This document shows, one piece after another, positions 1 to 7,073 of a stretch of DNA of 10,508 bases; position 1 is the first letter of the stretch; each line of letters starts with the position of its first letter. Below the pieces are notes generated by a model that was given only the letters and a program-made list of their open reading frames with translations, was not told the DNA's origin and made no database searches. Position numbers and translations under genes: made by a program. Source of the DNA: Hadesarchaea archaeon (lineage in GTDB: Archaea > Hadarchaeota > Hadarchaeia > Hadarchaeales > Hadarchaeaceae); contig JAUXAS010000029.1 of the NCBI GenBank assembly GCA_030619825.1, positions 1 through 10,508 of the forward strand, written 5' to 3'.

Positions 1-668
1 GCGATGCCCCTCATGATGTCAGAGACATCTTCGCATCGATCGGCCACATTCTCCATGTTGTCGATTATCTCCCTTAGCATCAGGGAAATACTCACGCTCC
101 TCGATCGATCGCAGAAAGCGAGAATCTCGGGCAGCATCACCTCCGCCCGGAAATCATCTATTTTTTCCTCCATCTCCTCAACAGCCTGCGCTAGCGTGAG
201 GGCCTTGCTTGGTTTCTTGATGAGCGATTCAAACACATCCCTTGTCAACTCAGCTATTATGAGGAGGTTGTCGGAGAATTCCTTTAACCTCCCCCTCAAA
301 CTCTCACCAAGTTTTTTCGGCGGGATGAAGTTCAACTTCCTTGATGCCGCCTTCGCGTTATCGGCAACGTCCTCAGCGGTTAGAATAAGTCTTATAATCT
401 CTTCACGGTTTATTGGATGAAATACCCCCTTGGAAAGCTCCTCGAGAATTTTCCTCTTGATCTCATCGGCTTCTCGCTCTTCCCTGAAGACTTCCTTGAA
501 AGCGCTGTTTGCCCTCCCTGTATCTAGGTCGCAAAACGCGTAGATGGTTTTTCTCATCCCCGCAACTGTTTTCACGACTATGTTCAAATGCTTCTTGCAA
601 AACTCGAGGACTTTTCTTTCTTTCTGCCTTCCCAGCCACACGGCGGAGCTTGTCGACTTAAACACCAC
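1..668 (-). CDS. DUF47 / TIGR00153 family PhoU-like phosphate transport regulator (3' end runs off the window)
   Basis: Not in the ORF track; translated by hand from GTG at 668: MVFKSTSSAVWLGRQKERKVLEFCKKHLNIV...EEREADEIKRKILEELSKGVFHPINREEIIRLILTAEDVADNAK...VEEMEEKIDDFR...IIDNMENVADRCEDVSDIMRGIA. It has the duplicated ExxxD / DxADxxxD helical pattern of DUF47. SD-like AAGGAG at 679-674. Lies 11 nt downstream of a PiT gene, the usual partner. Confidence 0.92.
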   Translation of the reverse strand, partial: MVFKSTSSAVWLGRQKERKVLEFCKKHLNIVVKTVAGMRKTIYAFCDLDTGRANSAFKEVFREEREADEIKRKILEELSKGVFHPINREEIIRLILTAEDVADNAKAASRKLNFIPPKKLGESLRGRLKEFSDNLLIIAELTRDVFESLIKKPSKALTLAQAVEEMEEKIDDFRAEVMLPEILAFCDRSRSVSISLMLREIIDNMENVADRCEDVSDIMRGI

Positions 669-679
669 GGTATCTCCTT

Positions 680-1693
680 CTAAAGAAATATCGAAACAAG
701 TCCATATAAAGCGGCGCTCATTAGAGCCACGAGAGGGATAGTCAAGATCCATGAAGCCGCTATTTTGGTAACGATCGCCCTATCGACGCCGCCCATCCCC
801 CTGATCAAGCCCACTCCAATGATGGCTCCTATGCTACTGTAGGTTGTAGAGATCGGGAACCCCCACCCAAACAGGATGAATGGGATCGTCGTGAACAAGA
901 AAATCACGATCGCGTTGGAAAACTCCGCAGAAAGGCCCGTGAGCGGCGTTAGGCGCGTGACCCGCCTCGCCCCTGTTAAAATTACCCTGCGACCCCAAGT
1001 GAGCCCTCCGAAGGCGATGCCGATACTTCCCAAAGCCGCCAATAAAATCATCGCACTGTAATCAGGGATTCCCCCAAGCTCTTTTGTGACAGTTACAAAT
1101 AGGCCGGTGGCATTTGCGATGTCGTTTGCTCCGAAAGCATAAGCGGAGAAGCACAGAGCGGCTATGAGCATATACTTGATGAGCTTTTCAACAGACCTCG
1201 CGCTCAAGCGTCCCGATATTTTACCGAAAAAGGCCTTGAAGACTGGATATAAACCAAGGGCCAAGGCGATAGATAATATCGGCGTCACGGCAATGCTCAC
1301 GAGGACCATCAAGATTATCCCCCACTCTAGGCCGTGTACACCATAGGTCAGTAGGCCGTAGCCGATCACGCCCCCGATGATCGAATGGGTCGTCGATATC
1401 GGCATGCCCTTCCACGTGCAAAATGTAACCCATATGCTAACTGCCAGGATCGTGGTGAAGGCGCCCAAGACATCGATTCTGGGAACGATGCCCCTGTCGA
1501 TCGTTTTCATCACCATAAAATCTTGGAGCAAGGCACCGATGGCCACGAAGATCGCGAATAGGAGCACCGCCCTCCGCAGGGTGATAACACCGCTACCGAC
1601 CGCGCAATCGGTGGGATTGGCGGCGTCGTTCGCCCCTAAGCACCAAGCCACGTAAAAAGCTAGCGCAAGGCCGATGGCATAGACGATGATCAT
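680..1693 (-). CDS. pit: Inorganic phosphate transporter, PiT family
   Basis: 337-aa multi-TM protein with both PiT signature repeats (GANDAAN, GANDIAN) and both PxSTT motifs (GMPISTTHSIIGG, GFPISTTYSSIGA). SD-like GAGGTAGGA upstream. Confidence 0.96.
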   Translation of the reverse strand: MIIVYAIGLALAFYVAWCLGANDAANPTDCAVGSGVITLRRAVLLFAIFVAIGALLQDFMVMKTIDRGIVPRIDVLGAFTTILAVSIWVTFCTWKGMPISTTHSIIGGVIGYGLLTYGVHGLEWGIILMVLVSIAVTPILSIALALGLYPVFKAFFGKISGRLSARSVEKLIKYMLIAALCFSAYAFGANDIANATGLFVTVTKELGGIPDYSAMILLAALGSIGIAFGGLTWGRRVILTGARRVTRLTPLTGLSAEFSNAIVIFLFTTIPFILFGWGFPISTTYSSIGAIIGVGLIRGMGGVDRAIVTKIAASWILTIPLVALMSAALYGLVSIFL

Positions 1694-1777
1694 TTCCTAC
1701 CTCAATTCTCAAAGCTACGTAATTATCCTTAAGTCTGTACCCACGGGGCAAGCTCCTTTAACTTCTTGAAGTAAATT

Positions 1778-3076
1778 TTAGATAGAAATCGCATTTATCC
1801 CAAGTTTATTACAAAAATCCCGTAGCTTGGGCGAAATATCCCCCTTCACGATGGTGACATGATTCCCGAGCAAATTGTTGATAAAAGTCTCAACCTTGCC
1901 ATCAAGCCTCACCTCGACTTGCGTACGGCACATGTGTTCGTGGCCCATATCACCTTGGCGGATGGCCCCCGTGGCGATCACCATCTTATCCATTTTAAGG
2001 CCACCCAGGCGCGCAATGGTGACCTTTTGTCCGGGCTTTAACGCCCCTTGAATTGATACACCTTTACCTGATTCGAAATGGCTTCGGAGCGTCACTTTTG
2101 AACCGTCTTCGAGCAATTTAGTGGCGATGGTGCAGTGCGCGAACGTCAGCGTGTTTTTGGCTCGATCGATCGAACACGTATTCGCCAGCCAAACTGGCTC
2201 GTTGGTGAGGTAATGTAATATCAGCATCGTTAGGGTTGTGTCTATGTCGCCCTCACATCCAGCGATAACCCCTTCATCTATCATTTTTGAAACGGCAAGA
2301 CATCCGGTATTGTCGAGCGCGGGGATGAGGTCGAAGCATCTTATCGAGAGAGCGTCCAAGTTGTATTTCTTCACCAAGTTCTTCAGCCCGAGGTAAATTT
2401 TGGCTGCTTGAACTACGTCCATTTCAGTCGGCTCAACTCTTTTTGAAACATTTAAGAGAAACTCCTCAGAAATTTTACGGGCTTCAGAGGTAGGTATTTT
2501 CTCGACCTCTTTTACTAACTCGGACAGGTCCACTTGAACTATTTGTGGCCCAATTCTGTCTCTGATTAATTGAAAATCGGTGCAGATAGAAACCAGCCAG
2601 GGGGATGGCTCCCCGATCAAGCCCAATCTTGTCAGGCGGAGCGTTTGAATAACCTCAGTGATTTCGTCAATTTGCTTCATTTCGCGTACGGCAGTTTCGT
2701 CGATTTTTTCGCTGAAAATTGGTTTGGCACGCTTCCCCATAGATTTTAGCTTTGGGAGTACCTCACAAGCCGCGGCGAAGGAGTTATCCGACGAATTCGC
2801 TAGAAGGAAAATGGGCATCACAACTTTTTTCGACGACTCAAATATCATCCCTTCGGTCCCGCCTGAAGTTACTACATAAGCGAGGGCATCCACCCCAGCT
2901 GAAAGAACCTCCTTAACTAGCTTGTTTGCACTTTTCACATTTGAGGCAAATGTTTGAGGAGACACGACCTCAATCTCAGAATCTTTTAACTGTTTCAACA
3001 CATTGCTGACTAGCTGCGTAATATTCGGCTTTTTGGCCCGTAGAGATGAAGTAACCGTTACGACTCCAAGTTTCAT
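1778..3076 (-). CDS. L-fucose/L-arabinose isomerase superfamily protein (FucI-like, substrate unknown)
   Basis: 432 aa with motifs SIRCF, GCLAVS, GCEGD, AHCT, VTIARL, CRTQ and C-terminal LGNH typical of short FucI-like proteins; N-terminal Rossmann-like segment (SGGTE, NSFAAACE). Confidence 0.85.
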   Translation of the reverse strand: MKLGVVTVTSSLRAKKPNITQLVSNVLKQLKDSEIEVVSPQTFASNVKSANKLVKEVLSAGVDALAYVVTSGGTEGMIFESSKKVVMPIFLLANSSDNSFAAACEVLPKLKSMGKRAKPIFSEKIDETAVREMKQIDEITEVIQTLRLTRLGLIGEPSPWLVSICTDFQLIRDRIGPQIVQVDLSELVKEVEKIPTSEARKISEEFLLNVSKRVEPTEMDVVQAAKIYLGLKNLVKKYNLDALSIRCFDLIPALDNTGCLAVSKMIDEGVIAGCEGDIDTTLTMLILHYLTNEPVWLANTCSIDRAKNTLTFAHCTIATKLLEDGSKVTLRSHFESGKGVSIQGALKPGQKVTIARLGGLKMDKMVIATGAIRQGDMGHEHMCRTQVEVRLDGKVETFINNLLGNHVTIVKGDISPKLRDFCNKLGINAISI

Positions 3077-3141
3077 GTGATCATCCGAGTTTGGTATAGC
3101 TCATTTTACAGTTCTTGCTGAATGCTCTTTAGGGCACGTGA

Positions 3142-3152
3142 TTAAAATATAA
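3142..3152 (+). promoter_or_regulatory. Putative archaeal TATA box for the radical SAM gene (leaderless or short-leader transcript)
   Basis: TTAAAATATAA begins 25 nt upstream of the ATG at 3167, in the 90-bp divergent intergenic region. Confidence 0.45.
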
Positions 3153-3166
3153 TTAGGGAACTCGGG

Positions 3167-4258
3167 ATGTGGCGAATATTTCGTCCGGACGCCGTTGCCG
3201 CGCTCAGGGACGAGCGAGCAAGAAAATCCTTGGCGCGATATTTCGCAGTCATGGAGGGCAGGCTCCCTGCACGCTTTTTGGTATGCAAGCGGGTGAAGGC
3301 GAAGGTCGATCTCTCGGCGAGCGATGAGGAACTCTGGCGCGCCCACGAGCGGGGGCTAAAGGAGTTTCGCAAGCTGCTCGTGGATACCGACAAGGGCAAA
3401 ACGGAACTCGAAAATTTGAAGCAGCCCGAGTCCTCGCTACTCGATTTAAAGGTCGCACTCGCTCGGCGAATTCTGAAATCATGCCACTTCTGCGAGCGCA
3501 GGTGCGGCTTCGATCGAACGGCTGGAAAGGTGGGGGTCTGCGGTGTGGGTGAGCGATCGCGGATAGCGTCCGAGTTCATGCACCATGGAGAAGAAAGCGT
3601 TCTGGTACCCTCCTACACCATTTTCTTCAACGGCTGCACTTTTCACTGTCAGTACTGCCAAAACTGGGATATCTCGCAATATCCAGAAGCCGGCGTGGAA
3701 GTTTCACCCCAGACCTTGGCCAAGCTTGCCGAGGGCGCTCGGAAAGACGGCGCAAGAAATGTGAATTGGGTAGGTGGTGACCCCACGCCGAATCTTCACA
3801 ATATACTTGCAGCGCTTAACGAATGTGAAGTCAGCATCCCATCAGTTTGGAATAGCAACATGTATTGTAGCCTAGAAACGATGAAGTTGCTTTTTGGCAC
3901 TCAGGATGTTTACCTTACGGATTTTAAGTATGGCAACGATGATTGTGCGCTCCGGTACTCAAAGGTGCCGAACTACTTTGGGGTAGTTTCGCGCAATCAT
4001 AAACTTGCTTTTGACGATGCTGAACTAATTATTCGCCATCTTGTACTTCCTAGGGGGCTTGAATGTTGTACTCGACCCGTGTTAAAGTGGATATCTGATA
4101 ACCTCGGCGGCATGGTTAGAACCAACGTCATGAATCAGTATCGTGTGGAGGCAATGGCGCACAAATATCCGGAGATATCTCGTCGATTAACTGCTGCAGA
4201 GTTCGAAAAGGCATTGGAAATCGCCAGAGAGGTTGGATTACAAAACTTGGAGCCTTAA
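3167..4258 (+). CDS. pflX: Radical SAM protein, PflX-like (pyruvate formate-lyase activating enzyme-related, COG1313 type)
   Basis: CxxxCxxC (GCTFHCQYCQNWDISQ), GGDPTP, VWNSNMY, YLTDFKYGND and IIRHLVLP motifs; extra N-terminal Cys cluster CHFCERRC...CGVG; archaeal-type N-terminal extension (SLARYFAVMEGRLPARF). Confidence 0.88.
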   Translation: MWRIFRPDAVAALRDERARKSLARYFAVMEGRLPARFLVCKRVKAKVDLSASDEELWRAHERGLKEFRKLLVDTDKGKTELENLKQPESSLLDLKVALARRILKSCHFCERRCGFDRTAGKVGVCGVGERSRIASEFMHHGEESVLVPSYTIFFNGCTFHCQYCQNWDISQYPEAGVEVSPQTLAKLAEGARKDGARNVNWVGGDPTPNLHNILAALNECEVSIPSVWNSNMYCSLETMKLLFGTQDVYLTDFKYGNDDCALRYSKVPNYFGVVSRNHKLAFDDAELIIRHLVLPRGLECCTRPVLKWISDNLGGMVRTNVMNQYRVEAMAHKYPEISRRLTAAEFEKALEIAREVGLQNLEP

Positions 4259-4260
4259 TC

Positions 4261-4277
4261 TTATAAACTATTTAAAC
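4261..4277 (+). promoter_or_regulatory. Putative TATA box(es) upstream of the MBL hydrolase
   Basis: TTATAAA (4261-4267) and TTTAAAC (4271-4277) in an AT-rich gap 35-50 nt upstream of the ATG at 4312. Confidence 0.5.
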
Positions 4278-4311
4278 TCCTGAAGTTTGAGCCTTCACAG
4301 TTGTGAGCAGC

Positions 4312-4959
4312 ATGCAAATCCACCAAATCGGCGGCTTGGGCTTCGACTCGAACATCTATCTGGTCATCGACAAGGTAATCGCGCTCATCGACGCTGGCAC
4401 GGGACAAAACTTCGAGAAGGTCAAGCGGAACCTCAGCAAGTTCAACCTAAAGCCGAGCGATATCGAGCTCATCATCAACACCCACTGCCACTACGACCAC
4501 GTGGGGGGTGACCGCGATTTCGTGCGGGCTGCAGGCTGCGAGGTGACGATTCACGAGCTCGAGGCGGAACTGCTTCGAAAGGGCGATCAGGTTATCACGG
4601 CCGCCGGGGCTCTCGGCAGGAGGCTCGAGCCCCTTGAGGTAGCGCGCGAGCTCCACGAGGGCGATCGGGTCAAGCTGGGCGAACTCACCCTCGAGGTCCT
4701 CCACACGCCCGGCCACACTCGAGGCAGCATTTGCATGTACGGGCGCGAGCAAGGGGTACTGTTTTCCGGCGACACATTTTTCTGCGGCGGTCTCGGGCGC
4801 ACGGACCTCCCGACCGGCGATGGCGAGGCGTTAGCCCGTTCGCTGCAGGAGCTGGCAAAGCTTGAGGTGGAGCGACTGTACCCCGGACACGGCCCGCTCG
4901 CCGAAAGAAATGCGCGTAGGCACGTGTTAGAGGCGCTCGAGCTCGTCGGTTACATCTAG
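4312..4959 (+). CDS. MBL-fold metallo-hydrolase (glyoxalase II-like)
   Basis: LIDAG, THCHYDHVGG (HxHxDH), HTPGHTRGS, LFSGDT, GRTDLP and YPGHG form the complete MBL motif set. ATG 4312 preferred over GTG 4303. Confidence 0.95.
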   Translation: MQIHQIGGLGFDSNIYLVIDKVIALIDAGTGQNFEKVKRNLSKFNLKPSDIELIINTHCHYDHVGGDRDFVRAAGCEVTIHELEAELLRKGDQVITAAGALGRRLEPLEVARELHEGDRVKLGELTLEVLHTPGHTRGSICMYGREQGVLFSGDTFFCGGLGRTDLPTGDGEALARSLQELAKLEVERLYPGHGPLAERNARRHVLEALELVGYI

Positions 4960-5003
4960 GCAATTAACTCAAATACTCAATTGGCTAAATTCTACTGACC
5001 CAA

Positions 5004-5246
5004 ATGGGACCGCGCGAGATGTTGAACAAGCTGAAATGGGGGGGCGAGGACGAGTTGCAAAGCGCCAAAGTGACGATCCTGCATCGGGGTGCCCCCAACG
5101 ATAAACGCGTCATCGAGGGCAACGACATCCTCGAGCTCGGGCGCGGCTTCATGCACGTGGCTTCGCCCGATGGGGAGGTCGAGATTCCCTATCATCGCGT
5201 CCTACAAATAGAAGCACGGGGCAAAATTCTCTGGCGGAAGACCTAG
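5004..5246 (+). CDS. DUF504 / MJ1316-family small protein (predicted RNA cyclic-phosphate end recognition domain)
   Basis: 80 aa with REMLNKLKW at the N-terminus, HRGAP, the IPYHRV signature and C-terminal LWRK, the characteristic DUF504 pattern. Confidence 0.88.
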   Translation: MGPREMLNKLKWGGEDELQSAKVTILHRGAPNDKRVIEGNDILELGRGFMHVASPDGEVEIPYHRVLQIEARGKILWRKT

Positions 5247-5249
5247 ACA

Positions 5250-5780
5250 TCACATAACTATCTTTATTAAAGCAGCGATTCCCGCGGTCGCTCCGGCGAA
5301 CAATACCATCTTCAAGCCTGAGAGCGCGAGGTTCTCCCTCGAGACCCTGCCGATGTAGATCCCTAGGGCAAAGAAAAACGCGAGTGTCACAGCTACCGAC
5401 CACTTCAACGCCAGAAGCGCGGGCAGAATGAAAAACGGCAGCACGGGGATCACCGACCCGCCGATCGTCGCTAACCCATCTATCACGCTGCTTGAGAGGA
5501 TCTTCTTCTCGGTCTCTCTGTGCAGCTCGCTGTTCTTGATCGCGCCACGCTTGAGCATTGCTCGCTCGACCCTCTCCAGTTCCTTGTGGGCAACGGTTTT
5601 CTCGGCTGCGAATGCTCCGATGATATTTGAGAGCCCATTCGCGATTCCGCCTCCAATCCCGGCGGCTACAATAATTCGAGCCGCTTCCGGACTTAGGTCG
5701 ATAGCGATGCTGGCGCCGATAACTATACCGAGCGTGGACAGAGAACCGTCGATTAGACCACGGATAAGATATCTGGCCAT
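5250..5780 (-). CDS. VIT1/CCC1 family metal transporter, short archaeal TIGR00267 type
   Basis: RYLIRGLIDGSLSTLGIVIGA (TM1 with the conserved D-G), AAGIGGGIANGLSNIIGAFAAE, GSVIPVLPFF, LGIYIGRVS; about five TM segments; GGAGG upstream. Confidence 0.88.
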   Translation of the reverse strand: MARYLIRGLIDGSLSTLGIVIGASIAIDLSPEAARIIVAAGIGGGIANGLSNIIGAFAAEKTVAHKELERVERAMLKRGAIKNSELHRETEKKILSSSVIDGLATIGGSVIPVLPFFILPALLALKWSVAVTLAFFFALGIYIGRVSRENLALSGLKMVLFAGATAGIAALIKIVM

Positions 5781-5861
5781 CGGGTCCAGGTTCCTCCGGT
5801 TTAATCTCAGTAGTAGCTTGTATTAGTATCTCGCCGTCTATTTCACCTACGAGAGGTTGAG

Positions 5862-6060
5862 ATGTGGTTCGATCTGCTCGTGATCGTGGTCTGCTTCGTG
5901 GTATTCGGACGCGCTTCGAACTACCTTATTAAAGGGCTGGCTTCGGTTCGGGCGGCTGAGCAGCATGGTGTCCCCAGAACTTTTCGCATTGATGGTGGTG
6001 ACGACACTCATCACGACATTGCTCCCGCCGATATTCTCCAAGTTCGTCTCTAGGGATTGA
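5862..6060 (+). pseudogene. Probable deletion remnant of cation antiporter gene(s): N-terminal TM fragment joined out of frame to a CPA2-like C-terminal TM fragment
   Basis: SD-like GAGGT then MWFDLLVIVVCFVVFGRASNYLIKGLAS (frame 3). From ~5950 a different frame reads GRLSSMVSPELFALMVVTTLITTLLPPIFSKFVSRD*, with its stop at 6058-6060, 4 nt before the next ATG. Confidence 0.6.
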
Positions 6061-6064
6061 GCCG

Positions 6065-7009
6065 ATGGTGGAGGAATTTATTCTATACATCCTCGCGTTC
6101 GTGGCAGCCATCGTGCTGATCGCCAAGGCGGCCAATGTTTTCGTCGACTCGGCGTGCGGGATCGCTCGAGCGCTCGGCGTATCTCAAGTGATAATAGCAT
6201 TAACCCTTGTGGCTTTTGCAACCTCAGTCCCTGAGTTCTTCACCTCCACCATGGCGGCTTGGTTCGGCAACGTCGGCATCTCATATGGGAACGTTGTCGG
6301 CTCCAACATCATCAACATCACTCCAATCTTGGCACTCGCCGCGATATTTGGTGTGGCTCAATTTAGGCGGGAGAGGCTCGGCGAGGGGATCATCATGCTG
6401 GCCGTTGGCGGAGCGCTCGCGGCGATGGCGCTAAATGGTGTGGTCGGGCGGGTGGAAGGTCTGCTCATGTTGGCTATCTTTGCGCTTTTCTTGAGGTTCG
6501 TGCTGAAGAGGGAGGCGAGAAAGATGAGGAAAAAAGTCCCAAGCGAGCAGAAGAGGTTGGGTAGGTCAATCCTCCTATTCATTCTGGGTACGGCCGGAGT
6601 GATTATTGGAGCTAGGCTGCTGATTTACTCCGGCGTAGGAATTGCTTTAGGTGTAGGTGTTCCAGAGGCAGCAATAGGTTTCACGTTGGTCGCCATCGGG
6701 ACCTCAATCCCAGAGCTGGCCACTATAATCATATCCATTTCCAAGCGGTTGCCTGAGTTCTCCGTGGGCACCATCGTGGGCTCGAACATTTTTAACACTG
6801 CACTCATCATCGGCAGCGCAGCGTTGATAAGACCCTTGACGGTGGACTCCCAAGCGCTCTGGTTCAGCAACTCGGTGATGCTCGCCGCGATGGCGCTGTT
6901 ATTGGGGTTCATGTGGATGGGGCGAAGATTGACGCGTGGTCAAGGGCTGGCGTTGCTCGCCTTTTACGCTTTTTACATCGCCGGGCTCGCGTTTCTGTAC
7001 GCATCCTAG
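6065..7009 (+). CDS. Calcium/sodium antiporter, CaCA superfamily (YrbG / NCX_Mj-like)
   Basis: 314 aa, ~10 TMs in two inverted repeats, with alpha-repeat motifs ATSVPE...GNVVGSNIINI and GTSIPE...GTIVGSNIFN. Confidence 0.95.
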   Translation: MVEEFILYILAFVAAIVLIAKAANVFVDSACGIARALGVSQVIIALTLVAFATSVPEFFTSTMAAWFGNVGISYGNVVGSNIINITPILALAAIFGVAQFRRERLGEGIIMLAVGGALAAMALNGVVGRVEGLLMLAIFALFLRFVLKREARKMRKKVPSEQKRLGRSILLFILGTAGVIIGARLLIYSGVGIALGVGVPEAAIGFTLVAIGTSIPELATIIISISKRLPEFSVGTIVGSNIFNTALIIGSAALIRPLTVDSQALWFSNSVMLAAMALLLGFMWMGRRLTRGQGLALLAFYAFYIAGLAFLYAS

Positions 7010-7027
7010 CCGCCCACCTCGCTGTAA

Positions 7028-7045
7028 TTTTTCCTCCTTTTAAAT
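7028..7045 (+). promoter_or_regulatory. T-rich tract (possible oligo-T terminator of the antiporter) overlapping a TATA-like TTTTAAAT for the next gene
   Basis: TTTTTCCTCCTTTTAAAT begins 19 nt after the TAG at 7009; TTTTAAAT (7038-7045) ends ~29 nt before ATG 7074, which is preceded by GGGGAG. Confidence 0.4.
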
Positions 7046-7073
7046 GACTTTCACCTAAAGGCATGGCGGGGAG

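Noticed and set aside
4..741. Plus-strand ORFs 4..420 and 544..741
   Set aside because: Ser/Phe-rich antisense shadows of the DUF47 gene.
1757..1775. ACTTC-TT-GAAGT inverted repeat between the isomerase and pit genes
   Set aside because: A 5-bp stem in AT-rich DNA is expected by chance, and a 2-nt loop is too tight for an RNA hairpin.
3167..4258. Calling the radical SAM gene a true pyruvate formate-lyase activase
   Set aside because: Motifs match the PflX-like group and no glycyl-radical enzyme is in the window, so the substrate cannot be inferred.
4312..4959. Beta-lactamase / antibiotic resistance gene
   Set aside because: No signal peptide, and the motifs (HxHxDH, GRTDLP, PGHG) are those of cytoplasmic glyoxalase II-like hydrolases.
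5781..5848. Upstream in-frame look-alike of the VIT1 start (AGGTGA...ACG GCG AGA TAC versus ATG GCC AGA TAT), suggesting a decayed longer N-terminus or readthrough
   Set aside because: The match is only 10/13 nt, in-frame stops intervene, and the annotated ATG already begins at the conserved RY..RG..DG motif with its own GGAGG.
5862..6060. Programmed frameshift producing a two-helix mini-protein
   Set aside because: No convincing slippery heptamer or stimulatory structure at the junction; a deletion remnant is the simpler explanation.
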